A DNA stretch of 64,000 bases from a bacterium (GTDB lineage: Archaea > Thermoproteota > Nitrososphaeria > Nitrososphaerales > Gagatemarchaeaceae), in the NCBI GenBank assembly GCA_027310575.1, contig DAIDAO010000056.1:31881-95880 (forward strand). The letters are read 5' to 3'. The notes under the pieces are model-generated. The model ran no database searches and was not told where the DNA came from. It worked only from the letters and a program-made list of their open reading frames with translations. The stretch's first letter is position 1. Each line of letters starts with the position of its first letter. This document shows, in pieces, positions 37,357 through 46,262 of this stretch. The translations under genes and the position numbers were made by a program.

Positions 37357-38478
37357 ATGGCCGAGGCTGCGGAGCGGTTTCTTGTCCTCTGTGTCGACAG
37401 GGACAACGATCTGGGCGCGAAGGCCAAGATCCAGTCGCCGGTCGTGGGAAGGGACGCGGCGGTCGCCGCGGCTGCCAGCCTGGCTCTGTCCGACCCCGAG
37501 GAGGCCGATGCCAACGCGATCTTCGCGGCTGTGAAGAAGTACGACGAGCTGGTCAGGGCGAAGACGGCGTGCGAGGTGGCCATAGTGTGCGGGGACGTGA
37601 ACAGGGGGTTCGAAGCCGACAGGCGGGTGGGCAGGCAGGTCGCGAACGTCCTGGCCGGGTCGGACTTCACCGGCGTGATCCTCGTCTCTGACGGCGGAGA
37701 GGACGAGCAGGTCGTACCGATCATCCAGAGCCTCAAGCCGATCGTGTCCGTCCAGCGGGTCGCAGTCAAGCACAGCGAGACGGTCGAGGAGTCATACCAG
37801 GTCCTCGGAAGGTACCTCAGGATGCTCGTCTTCGACCCACACTACTCGAAGTATGCGCTGGGGGTGCCAGGGCTCATCCTGGTCCTCGCCGGGATACTCA
37901 CGCTCGCGGGCAAGGTGACAGAGGCGGGGCTTGCCACCCTGCTGATCCTGGGAGGGGCATTCCTCGTGAGGGGATTCAGCGTCGACAGGACCGTGGTCGG
38001 CCTGCTGCAGAGGGGTCCGACGGGCTACATCAGGTTCGTCTCGATGATCTTCGCCACCATACTCGCCATCACGGGGATAGACGCAGGCTACGTCGCCATG
38101 ATGGCGGACACGGTCGCGGTGGCCGCGGTCCAAGCCGACGCGTCGCAGATATTCGTCTACGGGGGGACCCTCGTGGGGTACTTCATCGGCGGGAGCCTGA
38201 ACCTCGTGTGGATCGGAATCGCGATCTACGCGATAGGCGCCCTGCTTTCTCACGCCGCGAGGGACAGCATCAGATGGCGGAGGGACGCCTATACGCTGAT
38301 CATACTCGGGATCCTCTACTTCCCGATGCTCACGTTCTCCAGCTTCCTCGTCAACGGGACCGCGGCTGCCACGTTCTTCCTGATATCCTACATACTCCTC
38401 GGGCTGCTGACGATCTTCGTGCTCACGATATACTTCTATCCGCGCGTCCGACCGAAGTCTCCGGCTGAAAACGAGTAG
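37357..38478 (+). CDS. DUF373-family archaeal membrane protein
   Basis: 373 aa. It has an N-terminal soluble domain, FLVLCVDRDNDLG, followed by about 7 TM helices, as I recall for DUF373. Confidence 0.7.
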   Translation: MAEAAERFLVLCVDRDNDLGAKAKIQSPVVGRDAAVAAAASLALSDPEEADANAIFAAVKKYDELVRAKTACEVAIVCGDVNRGFEADRRVGRQVANVLAGSDFTGVILVSDGGEDEQVVPIIQSLKPIVSVQRVAVKHSETVEESYQVLGRYLRMLVFDPHYSKYALGVPGLILVLAGILTLAGKVTEAGLATLLILGGAFLVRGFSVDRTVVGLLQRGPTGYIRFVSMIFATILAITGIDAGYVAMMADTVAVAAVQADASQIFVYGGTLVGYFIGGSLNLVWIGIAIYAIGALLSHAARDSIRWRRDAYTLIILGILYFPMLTFSSFLVNGTAAATFFLISYILLGLLTIFVLTIYFYPRVRPKSPAENE

Positions 38479-38480
38479 CC

Positions 38481-39263
38481 ATGCTGGAATCCGTGCTGAG
38501 GTACGTCGGCGCCTACAGGGTCTACGAGGGGAGGCTCAAGGCGCAGGTGGAAGGGGACGAGATCCCGGGTCACATCGGGATAATCCTCGACGGGAACAGG
38601 AGGTGGGCCCAGAACCAGGGGGTCATCAGGGGCCTGGGGCACGAAGAAGGGGCAAACAGAGCCGAAGAGCTCCTGGACTGGTGCCATGAGCTGGGTGTCA
38701 AGACCGTGACCCTCTACGTGCTCTCGACGGAGAACCTGGACAGGACCCCCGACGAGCTGAAGGAACTATTCGACCTGATACAGGCCAGGCTGAGCAAGCT
38801 CCTCAACGACGAGAGGATAGTGAGGTACAAGGTGAACGTCCGCGCGATAGGCCACCTCAGCCTCCTCCCGGACTCGGTCCTCGGCCTCCTCCAGGCGATC
38901 GAGAAGAAGACGTCGGGTTTCCACGACCACTACCTCAACATAGCCGTGGCATACGGGGGGAGGGCCGAGATCACAGACGTAGTGAAGTCGGTCGCGCGCG
39001 ACGTCAAGAGCGGGAAGCTGAGCCCTGACGCGATAACGGAAGAGACCGTTTCGCAGAGGCTCTACACCTCGTACCTTCCCAACCAGGAGCCTGACCTGAT
39101 CATAAGGACGTCCGGGGAGGAGAGGACGAGCGGGTTTCTGCTCTGGCAGGGGGCCTATTCGGAGCTCGTCTTCGTCGACGTCTTCTGGCCAGCCTTCAGG
39201 CTCATCGACCTCCTCAGGGCGATACGGACGTATCAGAAGCGAAGGCGCAGGTACGGCAGGTAA
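38481..39263 (+). CDS. uppS: cis-prenyltransferase (undecaprenyl/tritrans,polycis diphosphate synthase)
   Basis: 260 aa with HIGIILDGNRRWA and DLIIRTSGEERTSGFLLWQGAYSE motifs. Confidence 0.9.
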   Translation: MLESVLRYVGAYRVYEGRLKAQVEGDEIPGHIGIILDGNRRWAQNQGVIRGLGHEEGANRAEELLDWCHELGVKTVTLYVLSTENLDRTPDELKELFDLIQARLSKLLNDERIVRYKVNVRAIGHLSLLPDSVLGLLQAIEKKTSGFHDHYLNIAVAYGGRAEITDVVKSVARDVKSGKLSPDAITEETVSQRLYTSYLPNQEPDLIIRTSGEERTSGFLLWQGAYSELVFVDVFWPAFRLIDLLRAIRTYQKRRRRYGR

Positions 39264-39291
39264 TTCACAACAATTATATCGGAACGCACAG

Positions 39292-39762
39292 ATGGGGACT
39301 GCCACGTTGAAGGTCGCCCTCGGGACGTTCAAGGACAAGGGTACCGAACTGGTCGCTTTCCTGGAGCCGAGGGTGGGGACCAAGCCGTCGCTGTCCGGGG
39401 ACTCGATAGAGATAGAGGATGCGGGCGTGAGGGAGGGGGTGAAGCCCAGACAGGTGAAGACCTACATCAAGAGGTTCCTCTTCATGAACGGGGTAAGGAA
39501 GAAGTACAGGGTCTTCGTGTCAGGGAAGGAGCTCACGATACAGGAGATCGAGCTGGGCGAGGAAGAGGAGGAAGAGAAGGAGAAGAAGGCCCCGGCCAAG
39601 AAGCCAGAGGAAGCGGCAGCAGAAGAGGCGAAGCCCGAAGAGGCGGAAGAGGAGGCGGAGCCTGCGGTCGAAGCAGCGGCGGAGGAGCCGAAGGCGAAGC
39701 CCAAGAAGGCTGCGGCGAAGAAGCCGCGCGCCAAGAAGAAGAAGGCAGAGGAAGAATCCTAG
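39292..39762 (+). CDS. small basic protein with eL22-like core and acidic/lysine-rich tail (hypothetical)
   Basis: 156 aa. Residues about 5-85 can be aligned ungapped to eukaryotic eL22 as I recall its sequence (see finding). The tail is an E6 run followed by a K/A/E/P low-complexity region. The start is ATG 39292 or an in-frame TTG at 39307. Confidence 0.5.
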   Translation: MGTATLKVALGTFKDKGTELVAFLEPRVGTKPSLSGDSIEIEDAGVREGVKPRQVKTYIKRFLFMNGVRKKYRVFVSGKELTIQEIELGEEEEEEKEKKAPAKKPEEAAAEEAKPEEAEEEAEPAVEAAAEEPKAKPKKAAAKKPRAKKKKAEEES

Positions 39763-40151
39763 GCCGGACGGGCCTTTCTCGCCCGTTTCAGCCGTTTTTC
39801 ACGGAGCAGCGCCCTCAGGTAGTTCCTCGACTCGCGCAGCTCCTTCAGGGCCCGGGGGAGGTCCCCGAGCGCGAAGTCGTCGGCGCCCTTCTTCAGGTTC
39901 CTGGCAGCGAAGTGGAGGGCCTGCCTCTCGTCTGGGACGGCGTAGCTGCGCAGGCGGACGAAGCGCCCCGGGTCCTCTTCGTTCAGTTCGAACTTGATGA
40001 AGGCCACGCTCTTCTCTATATTCAGGTAGGCCAGCCAGATCGACCTGATCTGCTCGGCGGAGGGCTCCCCTGCGATCGTCTCCAGGGCCGACCCCAGCCT
40101 GCGGGCGGCGTCCGCAAGGTCGTCCGCGGTCTCTCCGCGCCACTCGCTCAC
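39759..40151 (-). CDS. hypothetical helical protein
   Basis: About 130 aa from GTG 40151, the first start codon downstream of the A/T-rich intergenic region. It has a basic C-terminus, KRLKRARKARPA. I recognise no family. Confidence 0.4.
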   Translation of the reverse strand: MSEWRGETADDLADAARRLGSALETIAGEPSAEQIRSIWLAYLNIEKSVAFIKFELNEEDPGRFVRLRSYAVPDERQALHFAARNLKKGADDFALGDLPRALKELRESRNYLRALLREKRLKRARKARPA

Positions 40152-40216
40152 GCCCCGCCCCGGGCGGCCTCGGACAAATAGTCTGGTTTCTGCCCGTTCA
40201 AGCTTATAACCAACAC

Positions 40217-40909
40217 ATGGGCGCCCGGCCACGCTTGCCGAAGAAGGACGAAAGGATCGGTGGTGCATGCTACGTCGGACTCGACTCGCTTCTCGAGCTG
40301 GGGAGGCTGTCCTGCGCGCTCGAGCGCGCGCCCTTCCCCCTGTTCGCGTTCAAGCACGGGAAGGCGACTCGGATCGCCGCGCAGGCGGACCTGTTCATGG
40401 GGACGCCGGTCTTCTACTACTTCGACAACGGGAAGGTGGACGAATTCCTCGCGTACAGGATCACAGGTGAAGGGGAGGAGGTGCAGCTGGTGAGCTCCGC
40501 GAGCAACGCCTCGTACCTCTACGCGCCCGTTATCAGGGTGCAGAAGATGCCCAAGGTCCTGGACTCGAAGGACGCCTTCCAGGACAAGTTCATGTCGATC
40601 GAGGTCGAGAACATCCCGAGCCTCGTGAAGGTGGGAGCCTACAAGACCCTCTTTGAGGAGCCCCCCCTCCCCCTCTTCGCCTTCAGGGACGGCGGGGGCT
40701 GGGTCGTCGGGACCTTCGCGCGGATAGACGACTATGAAGAGGCCTCGATCTTCTTCTACACCCGCGTGAACGAAGAGCCCTCAGGCTTCCTCAGGTACAG
40801 CTACGACAAGATAACCGAGACGACCTATGTGAAGAGGACCGACGAGCCCGGCTTCCACTACATCAAGGTGGTGAAGCTCACCACCCCCCACCCCCTGGTC
40901 GAGTTCTAG
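40217..40909 (+). CDS. hypothetical protein with internal domain duplication
   Basis: 230 aa. It contains two about 100-aa repeats, each opening with P(F/L)PLFAF(K/R)(H/D)G (residues about 38 and about 150). The start is ATG 40217 or TTG 40235. Confidence 0.5.
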   Translation: MGARPRLPKKDERIGGACYVGLDSLLELGRLSCALERAPFPLFAFKHGKATRIAAQADLFMGTPVFYYFDNGKVDEFLAYRITGEGEEVQLVSSASNASYLYAPVIRVQKMPKVLDSKDAFQDKFMSIEVENIPSLVKVGAYKTLFEEPPLPLFAFRDGGGWVVGTFARIDDYEEASIFFYTRVNEEPSGFLRYSYDKITETTYVKRTDEPGFHYIKVVKLTTPHPLVEF

Positions 40910-41352
40910 GAAGAGCCCCTCAGGAACTTCTCAGCTTCTGAAAGCGTGATCTTCGAGTTGTCGTAGGACGCCCGCTCGAGCGCCTCGTCGTACGGGAACC
41001 ATCCGAAGCCCTGGTGCTCGAAAGATATCCTGACCTTCGCCTCCGCCGTCGAGGCCAGGAGGTAGACCACCTGCTTGTGTATGTTCTTCCCGTCCCTCCT
41101 GTAGAAGTATTCGATCACCTTGCGGAACCCTGGGAGGATCTCGATCTCGCTGAGCCCGGTCTCCTCTTCGACCTCCCTCGCCACGGTCTGGAGCTCGCTC
41201 TCCCCTTTTTCCATGCCCCCTTTGGGGAAGTCCCAGCGGCCGGCGTTCTGGAGGAGGAGGTAGAGCCTCCTGCCCCCGGCCTTCCTGAAGACCACGGCCC
41301 CGGCCGACCTTTCTTCCATGCCCAAGTCGGCTCGGGGTCCGATTATTAGCAT
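40906..41352 (-). CDS. NUDIX hydrolase
   Basis: The Nudix box is GGMEKGESELQTVAREVEEETGL. ATG 41352 lies 22-33 nt from the palindromic TATA-like box, with an alternative ATG at 41319. Confidence 0.8.
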   Translation of the reverse strand: MLIIGPRADLGMEERSAGAVVFRKAGGRRLYLLLQNAGRWDFPKGGMEKGESELQTVAREVEEETGLSEIEILPGFRKVIEYFYRRDGKNIHKQVVYLLASTAEAKVRISFEHQGFGWFPYDEALERASYDNSKITLSEAEKFLRGSS

Positions 41353-41373
41353 TCTCTCACGCCGTCGGCCAAA

Positions 41374-41385
41374 CCGTTTTAACGG
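41374..41385. promoter_or_regulatory. palindromic bidirectional TATA-like box CCGTTTTAACGG
   Basis: It sits 28-39 nt upstream of the MIPS TTG (41413) and 22-33 nt upstream of the NUDIX ATG (41352) on the other strand. Confidence 0.4.
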
Positions 41386-41412
41386 CGCCTCAGTCGGGCC
41401 TTCCATTCCAGC

Positions 41413-42474
41413 TTGGCAAAGATCAAGGTGGCCATAGCAGGCGTGGGGAACTGCGCCTCTGCGCTCATCCAGGGGCTTCACTACTACTCGAAGAAGGGGC
41501 CAGACGAAGGGCTGACCTACTGGGACGTCGGCGGGTACACCCCGAAGGACATCGAGTTCGTGGCCGCGTTCGACGTGAACTCGAAGAAGGTGGGGAAGGA
41601 CCTTTCGCAGGCCATCATGCAGCACCCCAACAACACGCTCAAGATCGCGGACGTGCCGAGCCTCGGCGTCAGGGTGAAGAAGGGGCCCGTACTCGACGGG
41701 ATAGGCAAGTACCTCAAGGACGTCGTCGCCGTCTCGGGCCAGGCAGAGGAAGACGTCGCCCGGGAGCTGAAGGACACGGGCGCCGAGATCCTGGTCAACT
41801 ACCTGCCCGTCGGCAGCACCGCTGCCTCAGGGGCGTATGCTGAGGCTGCGCTGAAGGCGGGAGCGGCTTTCGTGAACGCCATCCCAGTCTTCATCGCGTC
41901 TGAGCCCCGATGGGCCGGGCGCTTCGCCGCCGCCGGTCTCCCGGTCGCAGGGGACGACGTCATGAGCCAGGTGGGCGCGACCGTCCTGCACAAGACGCTG
42001 GTGAAGATGGCAGTCGACAGGGGGGTCAAGGTGGACGAGACCTACCAGCTCAACATAGGGGGGGACACCGACTTCCTCAACATGCTCGAGGAGAGCCGGC
42101 TGAAGGACAAGAGGGAGAGCAAGACGAGCGCGGTCAGGGCGATGTCCCCATACGAGGTGCCCACGAGGATAGGGCCGAGCGACTACGTCCCGTTCCTGGA
42201 CAACGACAAGGTCTGCTACATCTGGCTGAAGGGGCGCTACTTCGGCGGGACCGTGGTCAAGATGGACGTGAAGCTGCACGTCGTGGACGCCTACGACAGC
42301 GGAGGGGTGATGGTGGACGCCATCAGGGGGACCAAGCTGGCGCTGGACAGAGGCGTCGCAGGGCAGCTCGAGAGCCTGTCGGCATTCTGCTTCAAGCACC
42401 CGCCGATCCAGATGCCCTACCCAGCCGCGAAGGCTGCGTTCGAAGAGTTCACTTCGGGGAAGAGGGAGCGGTAG
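41413..42474 (+). CDS. myo-inositol-1-phosphate synthase (archaeal short form)
   Basis: 353 aa with a TTG start. The N-terminal NAD motif is KVAIAGVGNCASALIQG, and the length is typical of archaeal MIPS. Confidence 0.85.
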   Translation: MAKIKVAIAGVGNCASALIQGLHYYSKKGPDEGLTYWDVGGYTPKDIEFVAAFDVNSKKVGKDLSQAIMQHPNNTLKIADVPSLGVRVKKGPVLDGIGKYLKDVVAVSGQAEEDVARELKDTGAEILVNYLPVGSTAASGAYAEAALKAGAAFVNAIPVFIASEPRWAGRFAAAGLPVAGDDVMSQVGATVLHKTLVKMAVDRGVKVDETYQLNIGGDTDFLNMLEESRLKDKRESKTSAVRAMSPYEVPTRIGPSDYVPFLDNDKVCYIWLKGRYFGGTVVKMDVKLHVVDAYDSGGVMVDAIRGTKLALDRGVAGQLESLSAFCFKHPPIQMPYPAAKAAFEEFTSGKRER

Positions 42475-45175
42475 CGGCCTTCCTCCGCACGTAGTAGGCC
42501 ACTGCGAACACAGCGAGTATCACGAACGCGGTGGGGATGACATACCTGATGGTCACGTCCTCGGCGATCGCGATCCCTGACGACTTCGGGACTGTGCCGC
42601 TTATCGTCACCCCGCTGTAGGTGAAGGTCAGCTTCGCCTTCTCGAACGGGACTGTGATCCCCGAGCTCGCGACGGCGCGCGCGCTGGCGGTGAAGTTGCC
42701 GTAGGGCTGGATAGTACTGGTCAGCACCACGAGCGACCCGCGGGACACCTCAGCGTTCACGAATCCGGACAGGGCCAGCCCTGAGGGGACCGGGAGGGTG
42801 AAGTTGACGTCGGACACCTGCACGTTAGTCGGATTGGTGATCACTATGACTATCGTGAAGTTCCTCCCCTCTACTGGCGTGGCCGGAATCGTCCTGATCG
42901 ACACCCCCAGCGGCTGATAGACCTGGACCTTGGGGGGGGATCCCTGGATGGAGAAGGGGGTACCGCCGAAGTAGAACGAGGCAGTGGCAACTTTCGCGGT
43001 CTGCACCCCCGAGACCTGCAGTATGGTCACGCCGTACGACACGGTGGTGTTGCCCCCCGGAGAAATCTGGGCGGTGCCCTTGGAGAGCACCGCTGTCGGG
43101 GCCACGGTGTCGAAGGCGTCGACCGTGGACCCCACGGTCGCGTTGTAGGCAGGAAGCGGGCCTGCGTTCGTCGCAGCCACCTTCACGGTAGAGCTCATCC
43201 CGGCGAAGAGCTGCGAGGGGGTGAACTGCTTGGAGACGACGAGCCCTGCCGGGATCGCGACCGGGTTCGACCTGCCCGTGACGTTGCTCCCGGAGGTCGC
43301 TCCCTGGAAGCTGAGCGGCCCTAGTATGTAGTTCAGAGGGCTGGTCAGATTGTACTTCATGTAGGCGGTAAGCGTCGAAGACTTGTTCAGCACGGGATAG
43401 GCGATCGTCACGAGGTTCCCTGAACAGGTCAACCCGGTCCCGTTGATCGTCCCGCACCCCAGCCCTGGGGGAAGGGCCCCCTCGGCCTTGAATGAAGTGA
43501 CGTTCGCAGGGCCGGAGTTCGTCGTGGAGAACGTGAGAGTGAGGTTCGTATGCAGGTTCGCAAGGCTGGCGATCCGGGCGCTCACGGTCAGGGACGGGAA
43601 TCCCAGGCGCATGGCGGAGTGCGAGAAGATGTCGTAGACCACGTTCGTCGATGCGTTGAGGGTTGCGCCGGCTGGGTCCTGGTATGTGACAGAGTATGAC
43701 CGGGTGTTGTTGACGCCGAGCATGCCGACTGCTGACTGGGACACTGTGACCGTGGCCGTCCCCCCTGCCTGGCTTCCTGACTTCGCGGCGAGCCCTGGGA
43801 TGGACTGGCCTGCGACCACCACGGACGACGCAGGCTCGGTGCCGACGTTGGTGACCGTGATGTTGAAGTTCTGGACCGAGCCGACCGGCTTGCCGAAGCC
43901 TCCGGTCGGGACTATGGTCGCGTACACAGCCGCGTCGTCGGCGCCCAGAGACAGCCTGATGGGGTTGAGGACCGTCGTCGCGTTGAAGGTCACGCCCCCG
44001 ACCGCGTACTGGTACCTCACGACCGACGCGGGGATGATGACGGATCCTGCGGTCGTTCCGGTGTACTGCAGGCGATAGACGGGGGTGATGCTCGCCCCCG
44101 GAGCGACAGCGCTCTTGGAGACGTTATCGCTCCCGCTGAGGAACTTGAAGACCCCGGTCGCGTTCCACCAGTTGTCCGTGAACGTGAGGGAGGTGACGCT
44201 CGACGTCGAAGACGGGTTCTTGAAGTTCAGGGTGACCGCGATGTCGTCGCCCGTCCTGAGGACCCCCACGTCGACCGCCCTGTAGGCCAGGAGGGGCGCT
44301 GGCTGCTCAACGACCGTCGCATTCACCTTGGTCAGCTTGCTCCCTGCGGCAAGCCTGAGGGCGTACGACCCGGTGAACTGGGCGTAGTTCGACGTCACGT
44401 TGGCCTTGTCGGAAGACCTGACCACGCCGTCAAGGAACCTGATCTGGATGGTCGACGACGAGCTCCTGTTGGCGGCCCGCAGGGAGGAGACAGAGCTGCC
44501 GAAGTAGCTCATTATAGCCGGCTGCCCGTTGCTGAGCGCGCTCGCAGTCGCCGAGCCGGCCACGAGGCTGTGGCTGAACCCCGACGACGACTTCACCCCC
44601 TCGAAGACGATGAAGGGAGAAGCGGTCGAAAGGAACCCTGTGTTCGTCAGGGCAGCGGCGAACCCCCCTTCTGAGGAGGGTAGGAGCCGGAGGAGGGTGG
44701 CTGGCATGAGGTCGCTGAAAGAGAGCGGGCTGTAGAACGAGTAGGTCCCGGTCCCGTTCGACAGCGAAGTGAAGGAGGTGAGCAGGTATGAGCTCAGCGC
44801 GGACGCGGCCGAGGCAGCGTCAGGAAAAGAGTCGGAGCCCACGGTCAGGAAGAGCCCCTGGGACGGGAGGAACGGGGCCGGGAAGATGTTGTAGCCTCCG
44901 GGCCCGAACATCTGGAAGTCGGACGACCACCCCGAAGTCGCTGTCTTGATCGCGGTGATGTTGTACCAGGTCAGGCCGGGGGCGGACTCGAGAGCCGAGA
45001 GCTTGGCTGAGGCGTTGACCCCTCCGAAGGTGAAGTACCAGAGGGCGTCGGAACCAGCCACGAACACGTTCAGTTTCTCGGTATAAGAGCCGGCCGCGTG
45101 AGCCTCCTGCACGGGGACTGCAGAGAGGAGCATCAGGGCAACGACGAATACTGCTACCAGCTGAGAACGCTTCAA
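42449..45175 (-). CDS. large secreted, C-terminally anchored glycoprotein (S-layer protein candidate)
   Basis: 908 aa with a TTG start. It has a signal peptide (MKRSQLVAVFVVALMLLSAVPVQEAHA) and a single C-terminal TM plus basic tail. I count 23 N-x-S/T sequons (x not P). Composition is Ser/Thr/Val/Ala/Gly-rich. Confidence 0.7.
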   Translation of the reverse strand: MKRSQLVAVFVVALMLLSAVPVQEAHAAGSYTEKLNVFVAGSDALWYFTFGGVNASAKLSALESAPGLTWYNITAIKTATSGWSSDFQMFGPGGYNIFPAPFLPSQGLFLTVGSDSFPDAASAASALSSYLLTSFTSLSNGTGTYSFYSPLSFSDLMPATLLRLLPSSEGGFAAALTNTGFLSTASPFIVFEGVKSSSGFSHSLVAGSATASALSNGQPAIMSYFGSSVSSLRAANRSSSSTIQIRFLDGVVRSSDKANVTSNYAQFTGSYALRLAAGSKLTKVNATVVEQPAPLLAYRAVDVGVLRTGDDIAVTLNFKNPSSTSSVTSLTFTDNWWNATGVFKFLSGSDNVSKSAVAPGASITPVYRLQYTGTTAGSVIIPASVVRYQYAVGGVTFNATTVLNPIRLSLGADDAAVYATIVPTGGFGKPVGSVQNFNITVTNVGTEPASSVVVAGQSIPGLAAKSGSQAGGTATVTVSQSAVGMLGVNNTRSYSVTYQDPAGATLNASTNVVYDIFSHSAMRLGFPSLTVSARIASLANLHTNLTLTFSTTNSGPANVTSFKAEGALPPGLGCGTINGTGLTCSGNLVTIAYPVLNKSSTLTAYMKYNLTSPLNYILGPLSFQGATSGSNVTGRSNPVAIPAGLVVSKQFTPSQLFAGMSSTVKVAATNAGPLPAYNATVGSTVDAFDTVAPTAVLSKGTAQISPGGNTTVSYGVTILQVSGVQTAKVATASFYFGGTPFSIQGSPPKVQVYQPLGVSIRTIPATPVEGRNFTIVIVITNPTNVQVSDVNFTLPVPSGLALSGFVNAEVSRGSLVVLTSTIQPYGNFTASARAVASSGITVPFEKAKLTFTYSGVTISGTVPKSSGIAIAEDVTIRYVIPTAFVILAVFAVAYYVRRKAATAPSSPK

Positions 45176-45202
45176 ACGAGACGCGGAGGGGCGCCCGGTT
45201 CA

Positions 45203-45214
45203 CCATATAAAACC
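45203..45214 (-). promoter_or_regulatory. strong TATA-like box for the S-layer-like gene
   Basis: The minus strand reads GGTTTTATATGG, 28-39 nt upstream of the TTG start at 45175. Confidence 0.4.
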
Positions 45215-45226
45215 GTTAGCGAGTTG

Positions 45227-46228
45227 CTACTTCTTTCTGGTGGTTTCTTCGGATGGGTCGTCGACGCCCTTCTCGTCGAGCATGAAGACCGTGTCCCTCT
45301 CTGGGTGGTAGGGGCTGTCGACCATCCTCGCTATGCGGTTCTTGGCAGCCTTCCTCAGGTAGATCCTGTAGGTGCTGGTGTGGGCGACCACGTGCCCGCC
45401 GGTCGGCCTGGTGGGGTCGCCGAAGAAGGAGTCGGGCGCGGCCTGCACCTGGTTCGTCACGACCACGGCTATGTTGTATATCTCCGCGGTCCGCAGAAGC
45501 TGGTGCATGAACCTGTTGAGCCTCTGCTGCCTTTCTGCCAGCGTCCCCCTCCCGAGGAACTCGGCCCTGTAGTGGGCGACCGCGCTGTCGAGGATCACGA
45601 GCTTGACCTTGTTGGGCTCGATCACACGCCCAAGCTCCTTCACTATCAGCTCCTGGTGTGCGCTGTTGTATGCGCGCGCGACCGTGATGTGCGAGAGTAC
45701 CTTCTCTGCGTCCATGTCCCTGGCCTCGGCTATCTCCTGGATCCTTTCGGGTCTGAAGGTGCCCTCGGTGTCAACGTAGACCGCGCCTGCGTCAAGGCCC
45801 CCTTCTTCCTTCGGCTTCTGCGCCATCACGCAGAGGGTGTGGCAGATCTGGCTCTTCCCGGACCCGAACTCGCCGAAGAACTCGGTCATGGCCCAGGTCT
45901 CTATGCCGCCTCCGAGGAGGTCGTCGAGGTTCTTGGAACCCGTGGAGATCCTGTCTATGGCCTTCCTCTTCGTGAGAAGGTCAGCCGCGTTGATGAAGTC
46001 CGGCTCCAGGCGGTTCAGCTCCACGAGCTTCTTGCGCGCCTTGTTGTTCAGGTCGACCGCCTTCGAGATGTCGATGTCGACCGCTTCTGCTATGTCCATC
46101 GGGCCGGAGGTGGCCAGGTCGAGTATCGTCTCGATCCCCGCGTCCTTCAGCTTCTGCTTGGTCGCGGGACCGACGCCGGGGAGCTCGTCGAGCTCCAGCT
46201 CCTCCTCGGCTTTAGTTTCAGGCAACAC
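45227..46228 (-). CDS. radA: DNA repair and recombination protein RadA
   Basis: 333 aa with a GTG start. It has an N-terminal HhH (LPGVGPATKQKLKDAG) and Walker A GEFGSGKSQ. Confidence 0.95.
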   Translation of the reverse strand: MLPETKAEEELELDELPGVGPATKQKLKDAGIETILDLATSGPMDIAEAVDIDISKAVDLNNKARKKLVELNRLEPDFINAADLLTKRKAIDRISTGSKNLDDLLGGGIETWAMTEFFGEFGSGKSQICHTLCVMAQKPKEEGGLDAGAVYVDTEGTFRPERIQEIAEARDMDAEKVLSHITVARAYNSAHQELIVKELGRVIEPNKVKLVILDSAVAHYRAEFLGRGTLAERQQRLNRFMHQLLRTAEIYNIAVVVTNQVQAAPDSFFGDPTRPTGGHVVAHTSTYRIYLRKAAKNRIARMVDSPYHPERDTVFMLDEKGVDDPSEETTRKK

Positions 46229-46262
46229 TACTCACGAGCGTCTTCCACTAGATAAGTGTGCC

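Noticed and set aside
39535-39762. Low-complexity GAG/GAA/AAG/GCG-rich stretch considered as a non-coding tandem repeat
   Set aside because: It stays in frame with the upstream globular domain and encodes a K/E/A/P tail. No fixed repeat unit is detectable.
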